Of a DNA stretch of 33,479 nt, positions 17,920 to 26,249 are shown in pieces. Both the position numbers and the translations under genes were made by a program. Each line of letters begins with the position of its first letter. Position 1 is the first letter of the stretch. A model generated the notes under the pieces. That model worked only from the letters and a program-made list of their open reading frames with translations. It made no database searches and was not told the origin of the DNA. Origin of the DNA: an uncultured Bifidobacterium sp. (GTDB lineage Bacteria; Actinomycetota; Thermoleophilia; Gaiellales; F1-60-MAGs149); NCBI GenBank assembly GCA_964588635.1, contig CAZPQP010000002.1, positions 1 through 33,479 of the forward strand. Direction: 5' to 3'.

Positions 17920-19028
17920 CGACCACCTACGCCACGCTGCAGACCGAGACCACGAGCGATCAATACCTCTCGACGATCCTCGCGAGCCTCGCGGCGCAGG
18001 GGTTCCCCGTCACCGCGTGGCAGCCGGGCAACGCCGGTCGCAGCCTCGCGCGGGCCGACGCCGAGGCGCTGGCGGACCTTCGCAGCGTGATCGCGGAGAT
18101 CGCCCGCGGAGGCTATCTCGACACCGCGACGGGCGACTGGCTCGACCTCGTGGCCGGGGGCCTCTTCGACCTCCCCCGCGTCGCTGCCACCTTCTCGGTG
18201 GGCAACGTCACGCTGACCTGTAGCGCAGCTGCGGGGCCTTACGCGATCGGCGCCGGAGCGCTCGTCGTCACCGACGGGACGCGGCGCTGGCGGTCGACGA
18301 ACACAGCCACGCTGACCCTCGCGACGGGCGGCACGCTGAGCGTAGAGGTCCGCGCCGAAGCGCCGGGCACCGCGTCGAATATCTCGGGCACGCTCTTGTC
18401 CTCGGCACCGCTGGCGCCTGCGCTGGCGGGCGTGACCGTGAGTGCGATTCCGTCGTGGATCACGACGGCTGCCGTCGACGCCGAGACCGACGCGGCGCTG
18501 CGTGCGCGCTGTCGACTGCGCTGGTCGACGCTCGGGCGCGGTGCGAACCTTGCCGCCTATCAATACAACACGCTCTCGGCAAACGTCGCTGGGATCACGC
18601 GCGTGCAGGTCCTCTCGGGGCCTGGCAATGGCGAGGTCACGATCTATGTGGCGCAAGCCTCGGGCACTGCGACGGCGGGACAGGTCGCGGCCGTGCAGAG
18701 CGCGCTCGACGTAGTCAAGCCCGTCACCGACACCGCGCTAGTGACCGCTGCGACGCCTGTCGTGATCGCCGTGACGGCCACGGTCTACGTCTCGGCGGCC
18801 AGCGACTCGACGGTGAATCGCTTGACCGCGACCGATGCGATCAGCGCTTATATCAACGGCCTGCCGATGGGCTCTGCCACCGTCGACACCGCGCGCATCG
18901 GCGCGGCGATCTATGCGGCTGCGGGGATCCGAGACGTCGACCTCGTGGCCCCTGCGGCCGACGTGGTGATCGCTGCGGGACAGGTCGCGACCGTGGGCAC
19001 TGTGACCCTCACGTGGGTGACGGTGTGA
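17916..19028 (+). CDS. Baseplate J-like protein.
   Basis: 370 aa. ARGGYLDTATGDWLDLVAGGLFDLPR and the overall layout resemble the baseplate J / gp47 family. It follows the gp25-like gene. Confidence 0.75.
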   Translation: MTTTYATLQTETTSDQYLSTILASLAAQGFPVTAWQPGNAGRSLARADAEALADLRSVIAEIARGGYLDTATGDWLDLVAGGLFDLPRVAATFSVGNVTLTCSAAAGPYAIGAGALVVTDGTRRWRSTNTATLTLATGGTLSVEVRAEAPGTASNISGTLLSSAPLAPALAGVTVSAIPSWITTAAVDAETDAALRARCRLRWSTLGRGANLAAYQYNTLSANVAGITRVQVLSGPGNGEVTIYVAQASGTATAGQVAAVQSALDVVKPVTDTALVTAATPVVIAVTATVYVSAASDSTVNRLTATDAISAYINGLPMGSATVDTARIGAAIYAAAGIRDVDLVAPAADVVIAAGQVATVGTVTLTWVTV

Positions 19029-19729
19029 GCACTTATCTCGCCTGGCAGCCGACGCTGCAGCCCGCTGGCCTGCGCGGGCAGTGGGGCGAGCGCTGGGGCG
19101 CGGTGCTCGGCGCCGAAAAGGATATCCTCGTCGGCCTCGCGAAAGACGCCGTCACCGCGCGCTTCCTGCCGACCGCACCGAGCGATGCGCTTAGTCTGCT
19201 CGGCGCAGAGCGCCAGATCGGACGCGAGTCTCCCGACACCGAGGCTACCTATCGCGCTCGTCTCGCTGGCGCATGGGAGTCGTGGTCGTGGGTGGGCACG
19301 CGATACGGCATCGCGCTCGGCGTCGGCCTGCTCGGCGAGGGATATCCGGCCGTGATTGCCTATCGGGAACTCCCCTGGGATTCGGCTTCCGACCGCTGGG
19401 CACGCATGCGAATCCTGTTCACGGGCTTCGCGGGGTGGACGGGCGAGCCCTTTGGCGGCTTGTGGTCGTGGGGATCGCGCCTTGAGCAGCCGATCGAATT
19501 TGAGACGCCCGCGACGATTCGACCCGTGCTGCGTCGAGTCCTGCGGCAATGGATCAATGCGCGCGATCGGGTCTTCTCGGTCACCATCGCGCGAGGCGAA
19601 GCGGTCTGGGGCCTTTTCTCGTGGGGCTCCAGCACGTGGGCCGTGAAACCCGTCGATGAATGGTCAGCGCCCCTCTTCGGAGAGGCCGACACGATCTGGG
19701 GCGCCGTCGCTTTCGGCGTCTTCTGCTGA
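19025..19729 (+). CDS. Baseplate/tail protein I-like (P2 gpI family).
   Basis: GTG at 19025 overlaps the J stop. LSLLGAERQIGRESPDTEATYRARL resembles the tail protein I motif. Confidence 0.6.
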   Translation: MSTYLAWQPTLQPAGLRGQWGERWGAVLGAEKDILVGLAKDAVTARFLPTAPSDALSLLGAERQIGRESPDTEATYRARLAGAWESWSWVGTRYGIALGVGLLGEGYPAVIAYRELPWDSASDRWARMRILFTGFAGWTGEPFGGLWSWGSRLEQPIEFETPATIRPVLRRVLRQWINARDRVFSVTIARGEAVWGLFSWGSSTWAVKPVDEWSAPLFGEADTIWGAVAFGVFC

Positions 19730-19744
19730 TAAGAGAGAGGACAC

Positions 19745-20659
19745 ATGACCGCGACGATCACACCGACTGCGAAGCACACGGGCGCGAACATTACGCGCCC
19801 TGTCGATGGCGAGGGCGCCTATATGGACGGCGGCACGGCGCCGCTTGCGCCGATCCTGCAGACGCTCGCTGACCGTGCGCAATACGCTCGCGGGAGCACC
19901 TGGGGGACGCTGATCGGAGGCGATGAATTCAGCATCGATAGCGGCGGCACGAGCACCGTGTTCACAGCGCGTGTCAACGCATTCGAAGCGATCACGATTC
20001 GCGACAGCAGCGGCGTCTTCTGGCCGATCTACACGTCGGCGGACACGACGTGGTCGCTGGCCGATGTCGAGGGCTCGCCCGCGAACCTGTCGAACTCTAC
20101 GTGGTATTATTGCTATCTCGGCGTCACCACGGCTGGCGTGTTGACCAAGCAGATCAGCACGACGGCGCCGGGAGCGTCGCGCAAGTGGAAGAGCACGGCG
20201 GTCGACCAGCAGCGATATATCGGCTGCTTTCGGGCAAACGGCTCTGGCGCGCCGATTCCGGTGCGCGCAGTGCGCGGTCGATATCTCTATCGCTTCTCGG
20301 CAGCGGGGGGCCACGGGACTGCAGCGGCGTCTTATCTGACGACGCAGGCCTTCACGGACCTTGATCTCAGCGCATATCTCCCGCCGCACGCGCGAATCGT
20401 GCACATGCACTATCAGCTGATCAACGAAGACACGACGAGCGGTGACGAGGTTGCCAGTGCGATTCGCACCAATGGCGAGACGACGTCGTCGATCACCGTG
20501 CAAGTGCCGCACGCTCAGGCTGCTGGGCTCGATAACGCGTCGCGAGAGCATCTGTTTTTCGAGATCGAGACTGACTCTTCGCAGCGCGTCGAGGTCGAGG
20601 TTACGGGCTCCTCGACGAGCTTTCTGGTCAACCTCTTCGTCCGCGGCTTTTCGGAGTGA
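19745..20659 (+). CDS. Tail fibre / baseplate-attached fibre protein.
   Basis: 304 aa, the first gene after the baseplate. Thr/Ser/Gly-rich and beta-rich. Position-based call. Confidence 0.45.
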   Translation: MTATITPTAKHTGANITRPVDGEGAYMDGGTAPLAPILQTLADRAQYARGSTWGTLIGGDEFSIDSGGTSTVFTARVNAFEAITIRDSSGVFWPIYTSADTTWSLADVEGSPANLSNSTWYYCYLGVTTAGVLTKQISTTAPGASRKWKSTAVDQQRYIGCFRANGSGAPIPVRAVRGRYLYRFSAAGGHGTAAASYLTTQAFTDLDLSAYLPPHARIVHMHYQLINEDTTSGDEVASAIRTNGETTSSITVQVPHAQAAGLDNASREHLFFEIETDSSQRVEVEVTGSSTSFLVNLFVRGFSE

Positions 20660-20661
20660 CC

Positions 20662-20994
20662 ATGGCGACGATCCCGACTTTTGAAGCTCTCCGGTCAAGC
20701 TCCGTCACTGCCCTCGCGGCGGGTGTCGCGACCGATGTGGATATCGCCACAGGCGGCGCTAAGGCGCTGACCGTGTCGATCCTCAACAGCGGTGCAAACC
20801 CCATCACAGCGCTGAGCGTCGCGACGATCCCGGTGACGCTCGCTGGCAACGCCCGCGCGATCACGACGGGCATCCCGCTGGCGGCTGCCGGGCGTCTCAC
20901 GATCACGATCGTCGACGAGCCCTGCACGACGCTCAGGCTGACGCTGACCAGCGCGGTGGGGTCGAGCGCCACGATCGAAGCGGTGGGCCAGTGA
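20662..20994 (+). CDS. Hypothetical beta-rich protein in the fibre module.
   Basis: 110 aa, with GGAG 5 nt upstream of the ATG. Ala/Thr/Ile-rich. Ends in IEAVGQ. Confidence 0.45.
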   Translation: MATIPTFEALRSSSVTALAAGVATDVDIATGGAKALTVSILNSGANPITALSVATIPVTLAGNARAITTGIPLAAAGRLTITIVDEPCTTLRLTLTSAVGSSATIEAVGQ

Positions 20995-21407
20995 CGATCT
21001 TCGTCAACGGCCAGCAGGTCGGTGCCTCGGGGGGCGGCGCCTCGACGAGCGCGATCGACCTGTCGAGCGAAGCGCAGAGCACGACGTCGACCGTCGACGT
21101 GGTGATCGGAGGCCGTTACTTCGCGCCGAGCTCGTGGGAGATCTCAGGCCGCACGACGACGCTCACCCTCGAGGCCGTCGGCCAGGTCCTCTCGGGCGTC
21201 ACCGGCACGCTGACGCTGCACAACGCCACGGACGCGTCGACGGCGGCAACGCTGACGTGGACCGAGACTAGCGCCACGCGAAAGACCGCGTCGGTGTCGC
21301 TTCCCGCGGCAGCGAAGATCTACGAGCTGCGCATCAAAAAAAGCGGCGGCGGCGCATCGGATTATGCGCTCGTCTATGGCGTCAACCTTCTAGTCTCGTG
21401 GAGCTGA
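20991..21407 (+). CDS. Hypothetical beta-rich protein in the fibre module.
   Basis: 138 aa with a GTGA overlap to the upstream gene. Contains LEAVGQ, echoing the C-terminus of the preceding protein. Confidence 0.45.
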   Translation: MTIFVNGQQVGASGGGASTSAIDLSSEAQSTTSTVDVVIGGRYFAPSSWEISGRTTTLTLEAVGQVLSGVTGTLTLHNATDASTAATLTWTETSATRKTASVSLPAAAKIYELRIKKSGGGASDYALVYGVNLLVSWS

Positions 21408-21411
21408 TCCA

Positions 21412-22392
21412 ATGGCAGTCGTCGCAAGCGTCTCGTCTCCCGCCAACGGCACCGTCGCAGTCAACGCGCTGCTCACGGCGCTCGTCGCCAACGGCTATAT
21501 CGTCAAGCGATGGTCCGATGCGACCACGCTGTCTGCCGACAACGTCAATCTGACTAGCAACCCGTATGTCGGCAACGTCGGCAATGGCAACAACCCCTCC
21601 GGCTCTGGAGCCAACAGTCTCGGCAACTCCAACGCGTGGTTCCGCGTCGCCGCTAGTGACGGATCGCGCGAGTGGCTCTTCCAACGCGGCGCTGCCGATC
21701 AGACGTGGACGATCTCCCGCAGCAACAGCGCTTTCACGGGCGGCACTCCGAACGCCACGACGGCGGGCACGTCGACGGCAGCAAGCGCGCTTTTCAGCGC
21801 GGCGCAGGCGTTTCCGAGCACTGGCACGTGGCGGCAGTTTATCTCTGTAGAGAACGCCGCGCCCTACGGTTTCACGGTCTTCGGCATCACGCTCGGTGGT
21901 GGCAACGTCCTGCAATTCCTCGTCGACGAGCCGCTTGCCTCGGGGACTACCGACACCTCGGACACCGATCCGTATATCTGGTGGGGCTACTACAACGCCA
22001 CGGGGCTCGCGGGTGCGACGGGCGGGATTAACGCTCTGATCAGCTCAAACATCTTCAAACGCTTCACGGGCGCTGGCTCAAACCAAACGCCAAGCCTCCC
22101 CGGATACAACACCACGGCCAACGGCACGATGGCCCCGGCGCAGACCAGCTCAATCTCTCAAATGGGATTGACGCCAAACACCTTGCGCGAGGTGATCCTG
22201 CCGATCTTCGCGTGTCGTCCCGGCGCATCGAGCAGCACCACGGGATGGATCGGCACCTGCAATCGCCTTCGCTGGGGCACTGTCGGCGGACGCGCGAATG
22301 GGCAGACGCTCGGCCCCGTGAGCGGGTCTTATTGGATCTTTATGGCGGGCGCGTGGGTGCCGTGGGACTCGACTGAGCCCGCGCTCTCGTGA
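21412..22392 (+). CDS. Putative receptor-binding / distal fibre protein.
   Basis: 326 aa, rich in Asn, Gly, Ser, Thr and Trp. Local base composition is visibly less GC-rich than the flanking regions. It is the last gene before the lysis cassette. Confidence 0.4.
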   Translation: MAVVASVSSPANGTVAVNALLTALVANGYIVKRWSDATTLSADNVNLTSNPYVGNVGNGNNPSGSGANSLGNSNAWFRVAASDGSREWLFQRGAADQTWTISRSNSAFTGGTPNATTAGTSTAASALFSAAQAFPSTGTWRQFISVENAAPYGFTVFGITLGGGNVLQFLVDEPLASGTTDTSDTDPYIWWGYYNATGLAGATGGINALISSNIFKRFTGAGSNQTPSLPGYNTTANGTMAPAQTSSISQMGLTPNTLREVILPIFACRPGASSSTTGWIGTCNRLRWGTVGGRANGQTLGPVSGSYWIFMAGAWVPWDSTEPALS

Positions 22393-22400
22393 GGTGACCT

Positions 22401-22589
22401 GTGGCGACTTATCAAGGACAAGTCCCGACAGAGCAGCCTTTTCGCGCACTCCGTGACTCGCTCCGCGCGAGCGTTGTCGTCGGCGTCGTGATCTATTTTT
22501 TTCGCCGCACCGATGGCACACGCGGCTCAACCGCTGACCTCACGGCAATCCCAGCGGGGGCCGTTATCGAGAGACAGGTGACCTCGTGA
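22401..22589 (+). CDS. Hypothetical small protein with a short hydrophobic segment.
   Basis: 62 aa, with GAGG 5 nt before the GTG and the stop overlapping the next start (GTGA). Codon usage is atypical. Confidence 0.4.
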   Translation: MATYQGQVPTEQPFRALRDSLRASVVVGVVIYFFRRTDGTRGSTADLTAIPAGAVIERQVTS

Positions 22590-22894
22590 GCGGCGCAAGC
22601 ATCGTCGGTGTTGTCGTCGGATTGATCGGCGCGTGCGGGTCAATCGCAGCGGTGCTGGTCTCTCTCGGTCGCATCCTCGCCGGGCTCGACAGCCTGCGCG
22701 AAGAGTCGCGCGAGCGTGGCAAAACGCACGATGCGAAGATCGAGGCGCTTCGCACGGACGTGTCGTCAATCACCACAACGGTGACTGTCGACAAGGGTCG
22801 CATCGACGCTCTCAACACAGAGGTCGTCAATCTGCGAAAGACCTCGCACGAACACGGCAATCACATCCAAGTCCTTCTCGCGAAGGTGTCGTGA
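22586..22894 (+). CDS. Membrane-anchored coiled-coil protein (holin or i-spanin-like).
   Basis: 102 aa. The N-terminal TM segment is ASIVGVVVGLIGACGSIAAVLVSLG, followed by a heptad-like helical region. Confidence 0.5.
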   Translation: MSGASIVGVVVGLIGACGSIAAVLVSLGRILAGLDSLREESRERGKTHDAKIEALRTDVSSITTTVTVDKGRIDALNTEVVNLRKTSHEHGNHIQVLLAKVS

Positions 22895-23178
22895 TGCGCG
22901 ATCTTTTGAGAGACCTCTCGCCTGTGCTCTGGCCTGTCGCCAGCGCGATCCTCGTGCTGCTGCTGCGTGCGCGCACCCCGGAGGCGTGGGTGGCCCTCGG
23001 GGAGCGCAGCCCTCGGGTGCAGGGCGCGATCCGTCTGCTCCGCGCCCTCGGCGTGGACCCGGTCAAGGCCGTCGCCGCCGTCGTGCAGATCGTGTCGGGG
23101 CGTGCGCCCGCGCGCGCCGTCGCGGTTGCCGATGCGGTGCGCGAGACTCTGGCGCCGCCGCCTCCGGAGGCTCGGTGA
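22894..23178 (+). CDS. Small membrane protein (holin/antiholin candidate).
   Basis: ATG at 22894 overlaps the upstream TGA. 94 aa. TM segment VLWPVASAILVLLL. Confidence 0.45.
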   Translation: MRDLLRDLSPVLWPVASAILVLLLRARTPEAWVALGERSPRVQGAIRLLRALGVDPVKAVAAVVQIVSGRAPARAVAVADAVRETLAPPPPEAR

Positions 23179-23477
23179 TGGGCCTCGGTGCTGGGGTCGA
23201 CCCGGGTGCCGAGCTGACCCGCTGGGGCCTGCGCCTGGCGCTGGCCGTCGTGGTCCTCGGGATCGTCGGCGCTGCGGCGTGCGGGTGTCCGAGACCGCGC
23301 GACTGCACGCCGCGCGAGCAGCGCTGCGAGGGAGACACGCCTGTGGTCTGCAACGCCGAGGGGCGCAGCTGGCGCGCCTCGGGAGACCCGGTGGTGACGT
23401 GCGCTGAGATCGGCGGCGTGTGCGTCGTGCGCGACGGGATCGCGCACTGCGCGCGGCGCGATGGCGGTGCACCGTGA
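23178..23477 (+). CDS. Cys-rich secreted lipoprotein (o-spanin-like position).
   Basis: 99 aa. The signal-like sequence LRLALAVVVLGIVGAAAC has a relaxed lipobox. The mature part carries seven further Cys residues. Confidence 0.5.
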   Translation: MGLGAGVDPGAELTRWGLRLALAVVVLGIVGAAACGCPRPRDCTPREQRCEGDTPVVCNAEGRSWRASGDPVVTCAEIGGVCVVRDGIAHCARRDGGAP

Positions 23478-24187
23478 GCGTCACCATCCGTCACGAGCAC
23501 GCCCACGCACTGCGCCGCGCGATCGAGGCAACCGGCGTGCGGGTCGTCACGCCCGACGATCCGGCGCGCGCCCTGGTGCTCGACGTCGTGGCCCTCGCCC
23601 AGATCGCGGGGCACGGCTGGTCGCGCGACCACGCCGAGCGATATGTGTCCGTGAGTCTGCCCGCGCTCCCGCAGCCGATCCCTGCGCTGCTGGAGCTCGG
23701 GGGGCTGGCCCTGCGCCCCTTCTCAGCGCTCGGGGCCGAGGGCCTCGAGGCGCTGGCCTCGCTGACCTCGCGACCGCTGATCTCGCTGTCGCCCGCGGCC
23801 CTCGAGGACCCCGTGAGCACCGTCGGGACGCTGCTGCACGAATGGCAGCACGTCCTGCAGGGCGATAGCGGTGGCGTGCTGCACCCGCTGGTCTATCTCG
23901 CCCGCGTCGACGAGCGCGTGCTGGCGTGCGAGGCGCCCGCTTATGCGTGCGACCTCGCTGTCGAGACGTGGTGCCGAGGCCTCGACCCGCTGGTCGGCGC
24001 GGCGCAGCGGGCCGAGGGCCTGCGCGCTTATGGGGCCGACGACGAGCTCGTCGTCGACGCGCGGGCGCTGCTGCTGTCGCACGCTCAGACTCTGCTGGCG
24101 GGGCTCTGCCCGCCGGTTGCGGCGCTGCGGCGCGGTCTGCCTGTGCTCGTCGCTGCTGGCGTCGAGGGCCTCCCGGTGATCCCGTGA
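23474..24187 (+). CDS. HExxH-motif protein, a putative zinc metallopeptidase.
   Basis: 237 aa with a GTGA overlap. LLHEWQHVLQGD fits HExxHxxQ, as in DUF4157-type metallopeptidase domains. No other recognisable domain. Confidence 0.45.
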   Translation: MSVTIRHEHAHALRRAIEATGVRVVTPDDPARALVLDVVALAQIAGHGWSRDHAERYVSVSLPALPQPIPALLELGGLALRPFSALGAEGLEALASLTSRPLISLSPAALEDPVSTVGTLLHEWQHVLQGDSGGVLHPLVYLARVDERVLACEAPAYACDLAVETWCRGLDPLVGAAQRAEGLRAYGADDELVVDARALLLSHAQTLLAGLCPPVAALRRGLPVLVAAGVEGLPVIP

Positions 24188-24963
24188 GCGGCCGCCTGAC
24201 GACACCCGAGCGCGCTGCGGCGGGCCTCGCCCCGTCGGGCCTCGTCGTCGACGGACGTCGCGTGGCGGTGCCGGGCGTGCGAATCGCGACATGGCTCGAC
24301 GATCCGGCGCGCGCCCCGCGCGTGACCGACGGTGGACCGAGGCAGGCCGACGACGTGCTCGCGTTCGTGTGGCACACGTCGAAGGGCCGCCTCGCGACTC
24401 GCGCGAGGCAGGGCTCGATCGCGTCGACGCACGCCGAGACCCTTGCGCGATATCAGGCGAGGACCGCGCGAGAGGTCAGCTGGCACCTGACGGCGGACAC
24501 CGATGGCGACGTGCTGCAGCAGGCCGACCTCGCGACGTGGACGGCGTGGCACGCAGGCTCGGCCAACGGGTGGACGGTCGGCGCCGAGCTCGTGCAGCGA
24601 GAGGATGCGCCGGACGTGCTGACCTCGACGCAGATCGAGGCCGCCGTCGCGCTGACGATCGCAGCGTGCGACGCCCTCGCGATCCCGCGCCGCGTGCTGG
24701 TGACCGGCGGCGGATATCCGCAACTCGGCCCCGTGCTCGATCTCGTCTCGCCTCGGGCCAAGCACGGCAAAACCGGGCGACCTCTCGGCGGTCGCGGCAG
24801 GACGTGGGCGGGTGTCCTCGGGCACTGTCACCTCGCCCACCGCGACGCCTCGGGCGGTCGCGGCCCCGGCGACCCGGGCCCGCTGGTGTTTGAGGCGCTG
24901 ATCGCGGCGGGTTTCGAGCGTCACCTCGTCGGGGTCGACGGCTCAATCCTCGGGCCCGTGTGA
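24184..24963 (+). CDS. N-acetylmuramoyl-L-alanine amidase (Amidase_2/PGRP type endolysin).
   Basis: 259 aa. AFVWHTS, SWHLTADTDGDVLQQ, AWHAGSANGWTVGAEL and GHCH match the Zn-amidase_2 pattern. Confidence 0.8.
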   Translation: MSGRLTTPERAAAGLAPSGLVVDGRRVAVPGVRIATWLDDPARAPRVTDGGPRQADDVLAFVWHTSKGRLATRARQGSIASTHAETLARYQARTAREVSWHLTADTDGDVLQQADLATWTAWHAGSANGWTVGAELVQREDAPDVLTSTQIEAAVALTIAACDALAIPRRVLVTGGGYPQLGPVLDLVSPRAKHGKTGRPLGGRGRTWAGVLGHCHLAHRDASGGRGPGDPGPLVFEALIAAGFERHLVGVDGSILGPV

Positions 24964-25115
24964 GACGCGGCGCCGTCGCGATCGTGGTCGGCGTGGCCCT
25001 CGGGCTCGGCCTCGGGCGTGCGCTCGAGCAGTGCGCGGCGCACGTCGACCTCGGCCCTGTCGTGCGCGTCGATCCCGCGATCCGGTCTATGGACGCGGGG
25101 CGCAAGGATCGCTAA
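24960..25115 (+). CDS. Small membrane protein (51 aa), last gene of the lysis cassette.
   Basis: Read by hand; it falls below the ORF-track size cutoff. GTG at 24960 overlaps the amidase stop (GTGA). The product is VRRGAVAIVVGVALGLGLGRALEQ..., ending at TAA 25113-25115. Confidence 0.35.
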   Translation: MRRGAVAIVVGVALGLGLGRALEQCAAHVDLGPVVRVDPAIRSMDAGRKDR

Positions 25116-25153
25116 GATCCGCGTCGCAGTCGTCTCCCCCTTCGGCCGCCGTG

Positions 25154-25196
25154 ATCGCCCCCGACGCTCCCTCCGGTGTCGGGGGCGATTGCGTTT
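25154..25196 (+). terminator. Intrinsic terminator candidate at the end of the late/lysis operon.
   Basis: Perfect 12-bp stem: ATCGCCCCCGAC (25154-25165) pairs with GTCGGGGGCGAT (25178-25189). The loop is 12 nt. It is followed by TGCGTTTC. Confidence 0.6.
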
Positions 25197-25251
25197 CAGG
25201 CCGGATATCCAAGCGTTTCGCGCGCCCACGTCGATTTCTGACGAAAGGGTG

Positions 25252-25280
25252 TTGACCGCCCGAATAATCGGGCGCATAAC
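25252..25280 (+). promoter_or_regulatory. Sigma70-like promoter with a palindromic operator in the spacer.
   Basis: TTGACC (25252-25257), a 17-nt spacer, then CATAAC (25275-25280). The spacer holds the palindrome GCCCGA-ATAA-TCGGGC (25258-25273). A leader hairpin at 25285-25315 ends just before the SD. Confidence 0.45.
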
Positions 25281-25329
25281 TCTCTTCGTCGACGGCGCAG
25301 TGCCGCACCGACGAAAGGGAGACGACACC

Positions 25330-25674
25330 ATGGCTATCCGCATCATCCCCCCGCACTCTGTCGATGCCGAGACCGAGCATTACGCCGCAGTGACCGAGCA
25401 CATGATCCAGCACGGGGCGCCCACGATCCGGGCGTGGTGGGACGAGTGCGAACGCGCCTGGGTGGCCGTCGAGGGCTCGCACCGCATCGCGATTGCGCTC
25501 GACCTCGGGCTCACGCCGGAGATCGAGGACGTGGGCGAGAGCGTTGAGGCGCGGGCGCAGGCGCTCCGCGATGCCGACATTGACCTGTCGGGTCGCACTG
25601 ACGACGAGGACGAGGAGCTGGTGTGGTGGTGGGGCGACCGTCCCGGTCGCACCGCTGTTCGCTTCGACGACTGA
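25330..25674 (+). CDS. ParB-like nuclease / sulfiredoxin-fold domain protein (N-terminal domain only) with an acidic tail.
   Basis: 114 aa, with SD GGGAGACGAC upstream. IRIIPPHSVD...HGAPTIRAWWDE..AWVAVEGSHRIAIALDLGL fits the ParBc pattern (xDGxHR). Confidence 0.55.
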   Translation: MAIRIIPPHSVDAETEHYAAVTEHMIQHGAPTIRAWWDECERAWVAVEGSHRIAIALDLGLTPEIEDVGESVEARAQALRDADIDLSGRTDDEDEELVWWWGDRPGRTAVRFDD

Positions 25675-25758
25675 CCACAGGCCGAAACACCCTCCGGGGT
25701 GTCGCGCCGTCATGCGGCGCCTGACGATGGCCGTCAGAACACAAGGGAGACGACGACA

Positions 25759-26007
25759 ATGGCTCTGTACACCGTCACGATTCGCACCCTCGGCAGCAAC
25801 GGCACCGCCCGCACGACCCGCATGCGATCCCCGGCCACTGAGACGGAGGCCGAGCTTTATGATCGCGCGGTCGCGAAGCTCTACCCGGGCTGCCACTTCC
25901 ACGGCGATCTGCCCGGTCACAGCAACGTCGGCCGGATTGCGTCGCCGGGGCGATTCGGAGGCACTGACCTCCACGCTCGCATCCGGATCGACACCGAGCG
26001 TTGCTGA
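25759..26007 (+). CDS. Hypothetical protein.
   Basis: 82 aa. The ATG is preceded by the same GGGAGACGAC motif. No domain recognised. Confidence 0.5.
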   Translation: MALYTVTIRTLGSNGTARTTRMRSPATETEAELYDRAVAKLYPGCHFHGDLPGHSNVGRIASPGRFGGTDLHARIRIDTERC

Positions 26008-26246
26008 CCGTGGCGAGGACCCTCCCGACGATCTCGGGCTGCCTGGCTGTCCTCGCGGCGGCCAGCGAGCCCGAGGGCTCTCCCCTGCAGCCTGCGACCC
26101 TGCGGGCGGTGCAGCGGGCCCTCGACCTAGCCCGCAGGGATCTCTCTCACGCCGTCGACCTCGACGGCGTTACAGCGACCGCCGAGGCTCTCGGCGTGTC
26201 GCGATCGACCCTCCAGCTCTGGCGCGCCACGGGCTGGCTCGCCTGA
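26001..26246 (+). CDS. HTH DNA-binding protein (excisionase/MerR-like HTH at the C-terminus).
   Basis: 81 aa from TTG 26001, with an alternative GTG at 26010. TATAEALGVSRSTLQLWRATGWL is an HTH_17-like motif. Confidence 0.5.
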   Translation: MLTVARTLPTISGCLAVLAAASEPEGSPLQPATLRAVQRALDLARRDLSHAVDLDGVTATAEALGVSRSTLQLWRATGWLA

Positions 26247-26249
26247 CGA

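Noticed and set aside
22496-22502. T7 run as a possible terminator between the fibre and lysis genes.
   Set aside because: No stable GC-rich hairpin immediately precedes it; only a 5-bp stem lies about 25 nt upstream. It also lies inside a 62-aa ORF that is SD-preceded and stop-start coupled to the next gene.
25675-25758. Three consecutive small stem-loops in the gap before 25759, considered as a possible ncRNA or riboswitch: ACACCC-tccg-GGGTGT at 25686-25701, CGCCG-tcatg-CGGCG at 25704-25718, and CTGACG-atggc-CGTCAG at 25721-25737.
   Set aside because: Short 5-6 bp stems are expected by chance in GC-rich DNA. There is no conserved riboswitch core that I recognise. They are more likely simple mRNA structure between coupled genes, so I kept them out of the findings.
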